Shown here one piece after another: positions 28,012 to 41,411 of a DNA stretch of 64,000 nt. The DNA is from an uncultured delta proteobacterium (GTDB taxonomy: Bacteria; Desulfobacterota; Desulfomonilia; UBA1062), in the NCBI GenBank assembly GCA_963785235.1, contig CAWAUM010000012.1:224001-288000 (forward strand). The letters are read 5' to 3'. Within the stretch, counting starts at the first letter, position 1; every line of letters starts with the position of its first letter. Both the position numbers and the translations under genes were made by a program. The notes beneath the pieces are model-generated. The model had not been told where the DNA came from. It ran no database searches and saw only the letters and a program-made list of their open reading frames with translations.

Positions 28012-29243
28012 TCACTCATACCGCAACGCATCGATGGGGTTCAGAAGCGAGGCCTTATACGCCGGGTAGAACCCGAAGAACACCCCGATAAACCCTGAAA
28101 AACCGAATGCCAGAAGGACTGCCAGCGGAGAGACGACGGTGGGCCACTCGGCAAACTTCGAGATGATGGCTGCGGTAATGGTGCCTACGATTATCCCTAT
28201 AATGCCGCCGATGAGAGAGAGCGTTATGGCCTCGATGATGAACTGGAACCGGATGTCCCTGGCCTTGGCCCCCACGGCCATGCGGATGCCGATCTCCCTT
28301 GTCCGCTCCGTCACTGACACGAGCATGATATTCATGATGCCGATACCCCCGACAACGAGCGAGACCGAGGCAATGGCGCCAAGCAGCAGGGTCATGACCG
28401 TAGTGAACTGCTGGGCCATCTGGAGCATCTGGGTGAGGTTGCGGACGGTGAAGTCCTGTTCCCTGTTCGGCCCGATGCGATGGCGCTGCATCAGCAGATC
28501 GGTCACCTGTGATTTCTGCATCCGGCAATGCTTCCGTACTTACTGCCTTGACCATAATGGAGCGGACCATGCCGGGACTGGCAGTACCGATAATCTTCTT
28601 CTGCGCCGTAGTGATAGGGATATAGACGACATCATCCTGGTCCTGGCCCCCGAGCGACTGCCCCTTCTGCTTCCAGGACCCCGATGACCGTAAAGGGGAC
28701 ATTCTTGATTCGGATGATCTTCCCTACAGGGTCCTCGTTTCCGAAGAGATTTTCCACCACGGTCTGGCCAAGGACGCTGACCTTGGTGGCGTTGCGCACA
28801 TCCTGATCCGAAAAGTTTCTCCCCTCCACCACCGTACAGTCGCGGACATCCAGTATGTCAGGGACAGTTCCGGTGATGCCCGTGGCCCAGTTCTGGTTTC
28901 CATAGACAATCTGGCCCGAGCCGTTCAGGATCGGCGCCACGCTCTGAACGGCCGGGCACTCGGTTTCTATGGCTTCTGCATCCCCCATGGTAAGGGTCGA
29001 CTGCGAGCCGCTCCCCATGCGCAGTCCGCCCTGGGTGGTGCTGCCGGGGACGACGATGATGAGGTTGCTCCCCACGCTCGCCACCTGCTGTGAGATTTTC
29101 CTGCTTGCACCGGTCCCCACGGCAAGCATGGCAATGACGGCACCCACGCCGATGATGATCCCCAGCATGGTGAGCGACGAACGCATCTTGTTCACCCACA
29201 AGGCCCTGAGTGATATCCTGACAGTAGCAGGAATACTAATCAT
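28012..29243 (-). CDS. MacB/FtsX-type ABC permease, two +1 frameshifts (about 28671 and 28514)
   Basis: RSSLTMLGIIIGV, GGIGIMNIMLVSVTERTREIGIR, PIDALRYE, recovered across frames. Confidence 0.88.
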
Positions 29244-29929
29244 ACGCCTTTCACCTCATCGCCTATCACCTTCCCGTCCAGGAAATGGATTCTCCGTTTG
29301 CTGTATGCCGCGATATCCTGTTCATGCGTGACGAGGATGATGGTTATGCCTGAGTCACTGTTGAGCTTTACAAAAAGGTCCATGATCTCCATCGAGGTCT
29401 TTGTGTCAAGGTTTCCGGTGGGCTCGTCCGCAAAGATGAGAGGCGCATCGTTGACAAGCGCCCGCGCAATGGCCACCCGCTGCTGCTGCCCTCCGGAGAG
29501 CTGATTCGGGTGGTGGCGCTCCCTGCCCTCGAGACCCAGGGATTTCAGGGCCGCAAGGGCACGTTTCTTTCTCTGTGCGGCCGGGACGGCATTGTAGAGC
29601 ATGGGCAGCTCCACATTCTCCAGGGCAGTAGACCTGGCAAGGAGGTTGAACCCCTGAAAGACAAAGCCGATCTTCCGGCTCCGGATATCCGCCAGGTCAT
29701 CGGACGTCAGGCCGCCTATATCCACTCCGTCAAGGCGATAGGTACCGCTGGTGGGCTTGTCCAGACAGCCCACAACATTCATGAAGGTGGATTTGCCGGA
29801 CCCCGATGGACCCATGATGGCAACGAACTCTCCATGCCCGATGCTCAAGGTGACCCCGTCCAGGGCGTGGACAGGACTGTCTCCCACATCATAAATCTTG
29901 AAGAGGTCCAGAGTTTCTATCAGTGCCAT
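29240..29929 (-). CDS. ABC transporter ATP-binding protein (MacB/LolD type)
   Basis: GPSGSGKST, LSGGQQQRVAIARAL, ADEPTGNLD. Confidence 0.95.
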   Translation of the reverse strand: MALIETLDLFKIYDVGDSPVHALDGVTLSIGHGEFVAIMGPSGSGKSTFMNVVGCLDKPTSGTYRLDGVDIGGLTSDDLADIRSRKIGFVFQGFNLLARSTALENVELPMLYNAVPAAQRKKRALAALKSLGLEGRERHHPNQLSGGQQQRVAIARALVNDAPLIFADEPTGNLDTKTSMEIMDLFVKLNSDSGITIILVTHEQDIAAYSKRRIHFLDGKVIGDEVKGV

Positions 29930-31115
29930 CAGTGGAACATCCTCGGGGAGCGGCTTGACTGGGTATCATTATTCTGTCCAACAATCGACACGATGACCTC
30001 CTGGCCTTCCTTGAGCTGACCGGAAACAACCTCGGTAAAAGAGCCATCGCTTATGCCTGCGGTTATTTTCACCTGCTTGGGTTTGTTCTTCTCAAGAATC
30101 CAGATCGCCGGCCCTTTATTCCCTGTAGCGCGCTTCTTGGGGGTGTTCGTGGATCCGTCTCCTTCAGCCTGCGGGCGGAAGCGCAATGCACTGTTGGGCA
30201 CCAGCAAAACCCCTTTCCTGCTGTCAGTAATGATGGAAACATTGGCAGTCATACCGGGCTTGAGTTTAAGCTCGGCATTGTTCACCTGTACAATCACATC
30301 ATAGGTAACAACGTTCTGCACCGTGGTGGGGGCATTGCGTACCTCGGACACCTTGCCGGTAAAATTCATATCAGGATAGGCATCCACGGTAAAGTCGTAC
30401 ATCCTGATTCACCTTCACCTTGCCTATATCCGCTTCATCCACGCTCGTGTCGATCTGCATCTTGGTGAGGTCTTCGGCAATAGTGAAGAGTGTCGGGGTC
30501 TGGAAGCTTGCGGCGACCGTCTGGCCGACATCGATGCTCCGGGAGATGACCGTTCCGTTTACCGGGGAAACGATTCTCGTATACCTCAGACTGGTCTGAG
30601 CCTGGCTCAATGCAGCCCGGCCCTGGAGGACCTGGGCCTTTGCTGCGTCAAGTTGTGCATCGGCGGCCTGGGCATTGGTTTCGGAAGTGTCCAGGTCGCT
30701 TTGGGCTATGAAATCCTTGGCTACTGAGCTGTTTGTTACGCTCATATGTCCGCCGTGCATCCAGAAGGGAGGCCTGGGCCTTTTTGAGATTGGCCTCGGC
30801 GCTGAGAAGGCTCGCCACTGCCTGGTCCACCTGGGCCTGGATCGTTGCAGGATCGATCTGCGCCAGGAGCTGGCCCTTTTTTACCGGGGAATTGTAGTCC
30901 ACATACAATGCATTGATCGTCCCCGAGACCTGTGTTCCTACAAGTACGGTCGTGACTGCATTGACTGTACCCGTAGCCGTTACCTTGGCATCAAGGTCAC
31001 CCTTCTGTGCCGTGGCTGTCTTGTACTGGGGTTTGCCATTCTCTTTCTTTATCAGGTACCACGCGCCCATGGCCGCGATGAGAATTATCAATCCACCTAT
31101 AAGAACCTTCTTCAC
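29929..31115 (-). CDS. MacA-type periplasmic adaptor, two +1 frameshifts (about 30725 and 30398)
   Basis: GTG start VKKVLIGG; VGTQVSG, GQTVAASFQTPTLF, VDEADIG, LKPGMTA. Confidence 0.88.
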
Positions 31116-32440
31116 TGTTTGACCCCCATGGCCTTTTCCAGGTTTGCAATGGCCAGCCGGTAGTAAATACAGGGCATTGGTATAGGCGGTCTTTGAATTG
31201 ATCTCCAATACAACAGCATCGGCCACCTCGATGCTGTTCCCCACACCGGCCGCATACCGCCCCTGCGCCAGCTCGCGGTTCTCCTTGGCCTGCACCACGC
31301 TCACCTCTGCCAGCACTATCCCCTCCCTGGCATCATTGAGATTATAATAGGCCTGCTCCACATCAAACCTGATGCCCTGCCGGATGTTGTCCTCGTTCGA
31401 CCTTGCCACCTCCAGGTTGGCCCGGGCCTCTTCCACCTGGGACCGCGTGAGGAAACCGCTGAACAGCGGGAAGTTAAGCGCTGCCCCTACGGTCCACTGC
31501 TTATCCAGCGGAAAATCCTGGCCTGTCCACCCATACCCCGCATTGCCCGAGAGCACCGGATAGTACCCTGTCCGGGCCAGGTCTATGGACCGCTCGGCAG
31601 CCTCACGCTTCGCTGTGGCAGAGGCCAGGTCCGGCCTTGCATCATAGCCCCTCTTCAGTGCCGTGGCCAGGTCAATGGGGTAATCCTGGTAGGCCATGCT
31701 GTCCTTCACTTCATAGCCCGGAGCATCCGGCACCCCCATGGCGTTGTTCAGAGAAATCCTCGCAATGCGCAGCGCATTGTCCGCCTTGAGCAGGTTGAGC
31801 CTTGCCTGGCTCAGATCCACCTCTGCCTTTGTCACATCGATCTTCGGCTTTGTCCCCACCTCGTAGAATCTCTTGGCCTGATCCAGGTGCTGCCGGAACT
31901 GCACTACCTCCTGGGCATAGGCATCCCTGCTCTGCATGGACTGGATTATGCTGTAGTAGGCCTGTTTGACCCCAAGGACGATCTGGCTCTGCGTATAATC
32001 AAGGTCGGCACGGGCCGCATCTGCTCCAAATGACTGTACGTCCACCTGCGAAGAAGTCTTGCCGAAATCAATGAGCGTCTGGTTGAGGTTAAACGAGCTC
32101 TGGTATTGATCGTAGGAGGACTTCTCCGATCCCAGGTTGCCCGAGACTCCGGAAGGGTGGATGCGGCTGTAACCGCTGGACAGGTCGGCCTGTCGGGTAA
32201 TAGCCCGACCTCGCCTGGGATACCTTGCTTTCGCTTGCCTTGAGGCTGCCTTGGGCACCCTTGATAGCAGGGTGGTTCTTCAGCGCAATGGCTATGCAGC
32301 GATCAAGATCCAGGGTCTCGCCTTGCCTGATCTCATCCGCCGCACCGGACACAAGGGGTAAGAGTGCTATCAGACTCAGGCAATACAGGAAACGCCAGGA
32401 CCCATTGTATACGTTGTTTCCAAGAGATTGTATCTTCCAT
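31112..32440 (-). CDS. TolC family outer-membrane factor, three +1 frameshifts (about 32391, 32193, 31166)
   Basis: Restored signal peptide MEDTISWKQRIQWVLAFLYCLSLIALLPLVSGA; two OEP repeats; restored end YRLAIANLEKAMG. Confidence 0.85.
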
Positions 32441-32622
32441 GAACCATATCATCTTATTCATCATAGTTATATAATCTCGCCGAAATTTTTTTAAAGAGCA
32501 TACATTCATCCTATTTCATTTTCCCAATCTAACATATTTCTTTACAGACGTATGGTGAAAAGGATTTGTTTACATTGGGGTAATAATACTAGATGAAGAG
32601 ATCTGTTCTACTATAGAAGTCC

Positions 32623-32644
32623 GGGCACAAGGCATGCCCCTACA
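32623..32644 (-). repeat. Degenerate GTAG-type REP-like half element
   Basis: Minus strand TGTAGGGGCATGCCTTGTGCCC: GTAG head plus GGGCA/TGCCC stem. Confidence 0.4.
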
Positions 32645-32721
32645 ACCATTTTCATCATTCATTGGTTTCAACACTTCTCTGCTCTTCTTAGAGAGTACCT
32701 GGAAGTTGAAGGGCTTATTGA

Positions 32722-33066
32722 TTAATCATCATTATCCTTGATGACACTGCCCGGATCTGTTCTGAGTCTTTCCAGTTTGCTCTTGAATTCTTCGGTGGGT
32801 TTGACCCCTGCCTTCTTAAGCATCTGCTCGGCATTCAGGCCTATGTTCCTTGAGTCCTTGTAGAAACTATCGGACTTTCGTGCCTTGGGGTTATATGAAG
32901 AAGTGCGATCAGATCCCGATGAATGATAGCTCACCTTGGAAATAATCCTCTTGAGGTCTTGTGATCCGCAACTCTCACATGTGGGATCAACAGGGGACGT
33001 ATAACCCTGGACAAGAAAACTTGTCAGATGGTTGCAACCCTTGCACTTATATTCATATATTGGCAT
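32722..33066 (-). CDS. FmdB family zinc-ribbon protein
   Basis: MPIYEYKCKGC...CESCGS. Confidence 0.88.
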   Translation of the reverse strand: MPIYEYKCKGCNHLTSFLVQGYTSPVDPTCESCGSQDLKRIISKVSYHSSGSDRTSSYNPKARKSDSFYKDSRNIGLNAEQMLKKAGVKPTEEFKSKLERLRTDPGSVIKDNDD

Positions 33067-33090
33067 TGTATGAACCACTAAGGATATATA

Positions 33091-33140
33091 AGGCGGGGTT
33101 CCAATGGATCTATCCAACGCATCCATCTTGAACCCCGCCT
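33091..33140 (-). terminator. Hairpin downstream of dnaK
   Basis: AGGCGGGGTT...AACCCCGCCT outer stem with inner ATGGAT/ATCCAT. Confidence 0.6.
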
Positions 33141-33147
33141 CTTGTTC

Positions 33148-35070
<1,923 letters not shown>

Positions 35071-35105
35071 GTTAATAATCCTCCCTTATGTTTTCTCCTC
35101 TTGAG

Positions 35106-35657
35106 TTAAGAAACTACTGTTACCTTTGCTGGCCTTAATACCCTGTCATTCAATAAAAAACCTTTCTCGATCTCGTCGGCCACCATGCCGGATGCGATAT
35201 CATCCCTCATAACCTGCATGAGGGCCTCGTGATAATTCGGATCAAAGGCTGTATTGGTTGTTTTTATAGGTTCAACTCCATTCTTTTTCAAGGTCTCCAG
35301 CAGGAGTTTCTCAGTCATCCTCAAGCCGGTTATGAAGTGCAGGTCATCAGGAAATAACTCTATTGCAGAGGCGATAGACTTCTCAATGGCGTCGAAAACC
35401 AGAAGGAAATCCTTCAGGACAGCCTCTTTGCCGTATTTCAGCACATCGGCATATTGTCGCTGCTGGCGCTTCTTCATGTTCTCCATTTCCGCCATTGCCC
35501 TGAGATATTTATCCTTGAACTCTACAACCTGCGCCTTGAGCTCATCGGTTGATGGTTCTGATGCCTGCTCCGGTTCGGCGGCTTCCTCCTGCACAATTTG
35601 AATCTCTTCAAGAGTGTTGTTATTCATCTCCCTCACGTTGTCTTTGTCGTCTTGCAT
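35106..35657 (-). CDS. grpE: Nucleotide exchange factor GrpE
   Basis: LRAMAEMEN, FDPNYHEA, RVLRPAKV; between hrcA and dnaK. Confidence 0.95.
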   Translation of the reverse strand: MQDDKDNVREMNNNTLEEIQIVQEEAAEPEQASEPSTDELKAQVVEFKDKYLRAMAEMENMKKRQQRQYADVLKYGKEAVLKDFLLVFDAIEKSIASAIELFPDDLHFITGLRMTEKLLLETLKKNGVEPIKTTNTAFDPNYHEALMQVMRDDIASGMVADEIEKGFLLNDRVLRPAKVTVVS

Positions 35658-35658
35658 C

Positions 35659-36690
35659 CTACATGTCCTCCAAAAAATCGCTCAAAAATCTTGCCATATA
35701 TCCCACGAGCGGTATCACCCTTGTATAGTCCATGCGCATCGGGCCGATCACGCCCAGAGAACCCACAGGGATATTTTTTTTATGGTAGCCAGTGGCCACC
35801 ATGCTGAAATTATCTATTCCGATATTCTTCATCTCTTCACCGAGCAGGACCGATACACCAGGTACCTCGAGCACCCTGTTGAGAATCCGGACGATCCGAC
35901 CCTTGTCCTCGAAGGCATTCACGACATCACGGAGCTTCCCTAAGTCTGAAAGATCGGGCTTGTTGAATACGGTATCCTTTCCCTGGATAACTATTTCAGG
36001 AACATCCTCAACGGCCTTGAGCGCGGTCATACCAAGGTCAAGGGCCTGCTTTATCAGCGTATCCACCTTTGCCTTCTCGCTGGACATCTCTCGAAGAAGC
36101 CTGTCGCGCATTTCATGTATGGTGAGGTCTGCGTAGGCCTCGTTCAGATAGTTCGCAAACTGATCGAGCTTCCCCTGCCGTATATCCTCTCCATGGACAA
36201 TGTGGTTGTAAACCATTCCCGCCCGGCTCACCAGTACGACCATGATCCTGTCCTCATCCAGCCTGACAAACTCGATACGCTTGAAGAAGAACGTGTCAAA
36301 CCTGGGCAGGATGATGATGGAGGCATTCTGGGAAATTTTAGAGAGCAGCACAGATGCATTTATGAGGGTATCCATGATATCTCCGGTGCCATGAGACATA
36401 TGCCGGGAGATCATGGTCTTTTCTCCCCTCGGAAGCGACTTGAGCTCCATGATATCATTCAGATAGCACCGGAATCCCTCGGGGGTCGGTATCCTGCCTG
36501 CAGATACATGGGGCTGATACAACAGGCCCATTTCCTCAAGGTCGGCCATAATGTTTCGGATGGTAGCCGAAGACAGGGTGTTAAGGTACTTCCTTGCAAT
36601 AATCCTCGACCCTACCGGTTCACCGGTATCCACATACTCACGGATGATTGCATTTAATATACTTTTATCTCGATGAGTTAGCTCGGGCAT
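35659..36690 (-). CDS. hrcA: Heat-inducible repressor HrcA
   Basis: EPVGSR, SSATIRNIMADLEEMG, SAGRIPT, GVIGPMRMDY. Confidence 0.96.
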   Translation of the reverse strand: MPELTHRDKSILNAIIREYVDTGEPVGSRIIARKYLNTLSSATIRNIMADLEEMGLLYQPHVSAGRIPTPEGFRCYLNDIMELKSLPRGEKTMISRHMSHGTGDIMDTLINASVLLSKISQNASIIILPRFDTFFFKRIEFVRLDEDRIMVVLVSRAGMVYNHIVHGEDIRQGKLDQFANYLNEAYADLTIHEMRDRLLREMSSEKAKVDTLIKQALDLGMTALKAVEDVPEIVIQGKDTVFNKPDLSDLGKLRDVVNAFEDKGRIVRILNRVLEVPGVSVLLGEEMKNIGIDNFSMVATGYHKKNIPVGSLGVIGPMRMDYTRVIPLVGYMARFLSDFLEDM

Positions 36691-36701
36691 ATTATCATTC
36701 C

Positions 36702-36728
36702 TTAGCACTCGTCTCCCTTATCTGCTAA
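36702..36728. promoter_or_regulatory. CIRCE element (HrcA operator)
   Basis: TTAGCACTC-N9-ATCTGCTAA: one perfect arm and one 6/9 arm, immediately upstream of hrcA. Confidence 0.85.
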
Positions 36729-36735
36729 CAGGCAT

Positions 36736-36764
36736 CTTATAGAATCTCTCTTTCCCAATGTCAA
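36736..36764 (-). promoter_or_regulatory. Sigma70 promoter of hrcA-grpE-dnaK
   Basis: TTGACA, 17 bp, TATAAG on the minus strand, just upstream of the CIRCE. Confidence 0.7.
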
Positions 36765-36862
36765 TATTCAACCTACCCCCTAGACAAACAGAACAATTGA
36801 TATTAAGAGGCACTTAAATCAACCGGTTCAATGCCAGGACCAAACAGAGTAAAGAGGCTCCC

Positions 36863-38524
36863 ATGAAGGACAAGGTAGAAAGGCTACTGAAAGATACGGC
36901 AAAGAACCTTATCTCTTCAGGCGTCCTCCCTGAGCTGGATCTTGATATCATCTCCATAAGTATTCCAAGCAACAAAGAATTCGGCGATTTTTCATCAAAC
37001 CTGGCTATGATGGCTGCCAAGAAGACCAAAAAACCTCCCAGGGAAGTGGCCGGAATAATCAAACAGGCAATCGAGACTCATAGCGAGTTGATCGAAAAGG
37101 TCGAAGTGGCAGGGCCCGGCTTCATAAATCTCTTTATAAAACCTGTAAGATGGGCGGGCCTGCTCCAGGAGATCACCACGCTGCGCCAGGACTACGGGAA
37201 GAGCAGCTACGGCGCCAAAAAGAAGGTGCAGGTGGAGTTTGTCAGCGCCAATCCCACAGGTCCGCTGCACATCGGACACGGAAGAGGGGCTGCGGTGGGC
37301 GACACACTGGTGCGCATCCTTGATGCGGCAGGATTCGATGTTGCGGCCGAATATTACATCAATGACATCGGCAACCAGATGAACAATCTGGGGCTTTCCG
37401 TACTGGCCCGGTACAAAGAGATACACGGCAAGGACCCACTGTTCCCGGAAAGCGGCTACAAGGGCGATTACATCAAGGACATCGCCCAAGAAATGATCAA
37501 GATCCATGGAGATGCCCTTCTTGACAAAGACCATGACGAGGCAGTCAAGGTCTGCAGGGAGTATGCAGCTCAGGTTATCCTTGAGGGCATAAAAGAGGAC
37601 CTGGGCCTTTTCAATGTCCATTTCCATAAGTGGTTCAGCGAGTCGAGTTTGTATCACGATCACAAGGTCGAGGATGCCCTCGTATATCTAAAGGAAAAAG
37701 ACTTAAGCTATGAAGCGGATGGCGCTCTGTGGTTCAGGACATCACACTTCGGGGACGAGAAGGACCGCGTGCTGAAAAAGCAGGACGGCTCTCTCACTTA
37801 CTTTGCCCCTGATATTGCCTACCACAAGGACAAGCTTGACAGGGGTTTTGCGCAGGTCATCGACATCTGGGGCGCAGACCATCACGGCTATGTGCCCAGG
37901 ATGAAGGCGGCCATCACTGCCTTGGGCGCCCCGGAAGACTGCTTCCATGCACTGCTCATCCAGCTTGTATCGCTGGTGAGGGACCGCAAGCCGGTGTCCA
38001 TGTCCACACGCTCCGGCGAATTCGTTACCCTAAGAGAAATCATCAATGAGGTAGGCAAGGATGTTGCCCGATACTTCTTCATGATGCGCAAGTGCGATGC
38101 ACAGCTCGTATTCGACCTTGATCTTGCAAAAAAGAAAAGTGATGAAAACCCTGTTTACTATATCCAGTACGCCCATGCCCGGATCTGTTCCATCATAAGG
38201 AATGCGGCCGAACAGGGCTTTGCACCAAACCTTGAAGGGGCAAATCTGGAACTGCTTGTGGGCGGAGATGACCTGGACCTCATCAAGGTACTGGCCGGCT
38301 ACCCCGATATCGTCGTATCGGCTGCATCGGACCTTGAACCCCACAGGATAGCCTTTTATCTCTTGGACCTTGCAACGGCTTTTCACAGGTTTTATAATAG
38401 AAACCGGGTGATAACAGAGGATGTGCCATTGACTTCAGCCAGGCTGGTACTCATTGATGCAGTAAGGCAGGTAATTGCCAATGCCTTAGCGCTCATGGGC
38501 ATTGATGCCCCGGAAAGCATGTAG
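36863..38524 (+). CDS. argS: Arginine--tRNA ligase
   Basis: VEFVSANPTGPLHIGHGR, GADHHGY, MSTRSG, YIQYAHAR. Confidence 0.98.
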   Translation: MKDKVERLLKDTAKNLISSGVLPELDLDIISISIPSNKEFGDFSSNLAMMAAKKTKKPPREVAGIIKQAIETHSELIEKVEVAGPGFINLFIKPVRWAGLLQEITTLRQDYGKSSYGAKKKVQVEFVSANPTGPLHIGHGRGAAVGDTLVRILDAAGFDVAAEYYINDIGNQMNNLGLSVLARYKEIHGKDPLFPESGYKGDYIKDIAQEMIKIHGDALLDKDHDEAVKVCREYAAQVILEGIKEDLGLFNVHFHKWFSESSLYHDHKVEDALVYLKEKDLSYEADGALWFRTSHFGDEKDRVLKKQDGSLTYFAPDIAYHKDKLDRGFAQVIDIWGADHHGYVPRMKAAITALGAPEDCFHALLIQLVSLVRDRKPVSMSTRSGEFVTLREIINEVGKDVARYFFMMRKCDAQLVFDLDLAKKKSDENPVYYIQYAHARICSIIRNAAEQGFAPNLEGANLELLVGGDDLDLIKVLAGYPDIVVSAASDLEPHRIAFYLLDLATAFHRFYNRNRVITEDVPLTSARLVLIDAVRQVIANALALMGIDAPESM

Positions 38525-38528
38525 TAAG

Positions 38529-39053
38529 ATGATAAGGAAAAAAACCAAGAAAAAAGGCCGCCGTGTCAAGCAATTATCCCTTGTAAAAAATGTGGCGCTG
38601 CTCTTCCTCTCTTTAGGCCTGCTTACGGGTGTCAGTTTTGTCTTCTCATACTTTTCTAACCGCTCAGAGCTCTCCCTTGACCCTATTCAGAGCACATGGA
38701 ACAGCGCCTTTTCAGAAAAAGAGAAACCCCAGGCAGTCCCTGATCAACCAAAAACCAAGACAAGCTCGGTAGCCCCCATTGACTTGACCTTCTACGAAAC
38801 CCTCAACCAGAAGGAACCCTCAAGTAGAGAGGACAGCTATACCATCCAGGTCGGCGCCTTCAAGAGCAGGGCTAAGGCAGACAATTTTGTTAAGGAGCTC
38901 AAGAATAAAAGCAAGCTCTCCTTCAGGGTAGACAAGGAGGGCAAATCATACTGTGTGAGGTGGAACACTTTCACAACCCAGGAATCGGCTGCAAGGGACT
39001 GCGTAAAACTTGCTGCCAAGATCCAGCATGGATGCAAGGTTGTAAAGATGTAG
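38529..39053 (+). CDS. SPOR-domain membrane protein (FtsN/DedD-like)
   Basis: Basic N-terminus, single TM helix, LTFYETL, YTIQVGAF; follows argS. Confidence 0.82.
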   Translation: MIRKKTKKKGRRVKQLSLVKNVALLFLSLGLLTGVSFVFSYFSNRSELSLDPIQSTWNSAFSEKEKPQAVPDQPKTKTSSVAPIDLTFYETLNQKEPSSREDSYTIQVGAFKSRAKADNFVKELKNKSKLSFRVDKEGKSYCVRWNTFTTQESAARDCVKLAAKIQHGCKVVKM

Positions 39054-39110
39054 ACCGCGAAAGATAGGCCTGCGGCGTAACGTTACAATCTTTTTTTTAG
39101 GAGAGAAGCC

Positions 39111-40158
39111 ATAATCCTTCATATCGTCGGGGCACGCCCCCAATTCATCAAACTCGCACCTGTTGTACGGGCATTTCTGGAATCGGGCATGCCATATAAA
39201 GTTCTGCATACAGGTCAGCATTATGATTACACCATGTCGGATCTCCATTTCACCTCCTTAGGCATGGAAGCCCCTCACTATTCCCTCGAGATCGGTTCAG
39301 ACTCTCACGGTCGGCAGACCGCCAAGATGCTTCAAGGCATAGAAGATGTCCTGGTCAAGGAAAATCCAAAGATGGTCCTTGTATATGGCGATACAAACTC
39401 CACTTTAGCAGGTGCGCTCAGTGCCGCCAAACTCGGGATCAAGGTAGGTCATGTGGAGGCCGGCGTCCGAAGTTATGACAAGAGAATGCCCGAGGAGATC
39501 AACCGCGTGGTGACGGACCATATAAGCGATCACCATTTCTGCCCCACAATCAACGCAGTGAATATCTTAAAAACCGAAGGTATAGCAGGCATTCTGACCG
39601 GTGATGTCATGTATGATGCGCTCTTGCAGGTACACAAAGAAGACCTTAAGAATCCCTATACCAAAGGATATGTGCTCGTTACGATCCACCGGGCGGAGAA
39701 TACCGATAACTCGGATAAGTTCCTTGCCATCTGGGAGGCCTTGGAAAATATCTCGCATCACACAAAAGTGATCTTCCCCGCCCACCCCCGCACAAAGAAT
39801 ATGTTTGGCCACATGCTTGCCCATGCGAATAGTCATATCCAGGTCATTGAACCGGTGAGCTACCTCACCATGCTCGCCATGATAAAGGACGCGCTCTGCA
39901 TGATCACCGATTCCGGAGGGGTGCAGAAGGAGGCCTTCCTGCTGGGTTGTCCATGTGTAACCGTCCGTGACACCACTGAATGGCCGGAGACCGTACAGGC
40001 AGGGGCCAACCGTCCTTGTTGAAGCCGAACCGGAAACAATTTTGAATGCTGTAATTAATATGATGGACAAATGTATTGAAATGGCGGATAATCCCTTTGG
40101 TGATGGACATGCGAGCCGCAAAATCGCCGGATTCATCAAGGACCGCTACTTTATGTAA
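39111..40158 (+). CDS. wecB: UDP-N-acetylglucosamine 2-epimerase (non-hydrolysing); ATA at the expected start, +1 frameshift near 40011
   Basis: HIVGARPQFIK, HTGQHYD, GDTNST, HVEAG, PEEINR, TDSGGVQKEA, NPFGDGHAS. Confidence 0.9.
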
Positions 40159-40239
40159 AGGCCGGATCTAACACATCCTGATTCATACCCCACGAACAGA
40201 TCCTCCCCATAGAATGTTTTGTTGTGAAAGGAGGGTTCC

Positions 40240-41206
40240 ATGAACAAGTCCAGACCAGTCACGAAAGACCCGCGCGACATTGTTGGCTGATGCACAGCAT
40301 GCTGCATCACGCAAGGAAGTGGATACGGCACTTCTTCTCTTTGATGAGTGCATCAAAGAATATATTAAAAGGAAACTGCTGTTCAAGGCCATGGCAGTTT
40401 CCAAAAAGGCAAAAACGGTTCTCGGTCACATACCCAAGGTCAGCGCACTCATCATCCGGTCTTATACGATGGCAGGCCTGTTTGGGGATGCACAGCAGGA
40501 GTATGAGTTTGCTGCATCTTTTTTGAAAAAAGACTCCTTGAGCTTCTTTATGGCCCTGGAGAAAGATGTTTTCATTGACCTGCTCTCTATAATGGACATC
40601 AATACCTATCCCAGGGGAACAATTGTCTTGAAACGCAAAGATGATGGCGGGGACGTCTTTGTAATGCTCTCAGGTTCCTGTGAGGCTTACCGTGATTCGA
40701 GAAGGCTTGCCGTCATGCTGCCGGGTGATGTATTCGGCGAGATCGGCTTTTTCGCCGGGACAGCCCGTAGTGCAACCGTGAGGACAATCGAAAAGAGCAT
40801 GCTCGTCAGGATGCCTTCAGGACCCTTGCGTGAACTGAAAGAGCGTCATGTGAGCCTGCGGCAGATCCTTGAGAGTATCTACAGCGAGCGCATCATGAAA
40901 AAGGTTGTGGAAGACCTTGAAGCTGAAGGCCCGCTGAAGTCGTTGCCTGAAATCATTACAACCCTGAATTATGCCAAGGGCCAGGAAATTCCTGTTACCC
41001 CTAAAGGTAGCGTGGCTATCTTAAAACACGGGATCGTAGAGGTTGATTACGATGACATGCGCCTTAAAACGAAACAGTATCTGAAGCCCGGGGCCATAAT
41101 CGCAAACAAACGCCTCCGTGCACGCGCCAGCACCAATGTGGTGATCATGCTTACCAGCATAGGCTACCAGGCACATACAGTCCCCAAGGAAATCAAGGAG
41201 CGCTGA
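40240..41206 (+). CDS. Cyclic nucleotide-binding domain protein with helical N-terminus (probable +1 frameshift near 40274)
   Basis: PGDVFGEIGFF...RSATV phosphate-binding cassette; GGAGG RBS before ATG 40240, which joins the 40280 ORF if one base is removed. Confidence 0.75.
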
Positions 41207-41411
41207 CAAGACATATAGAGTAATTGGTTCATGTGAAGATTGTCATCGTCTCTGGTCCTTGTATCGATTCATAGTCATAACAAAAACATGAGAAGCTTCA
41301 GGTTTATGATTACACCTTATGTAATAAATCCCTTGCACCGAAAAGAATTTCACAACAGTATGTTCATGGCATGCCTTGTTCTGATAAGAATCTGGGTATA
41401 ATAGGATAACA

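Noticed and set aside
30648-32258. 536-aa ORF that looks like a TolC-MacA fusion
   Set aside because: One extra T near 31166 bypasses the TolC stop; corrected, the genes are separate with a GTGA overlap
41367-41382. Possible sigma54 promoter TGGCATGCCTTGTTC before the S8 protease
   Set aside because: TC instead of GC at -12 and no TGT-N11-ACA box at the expected distance
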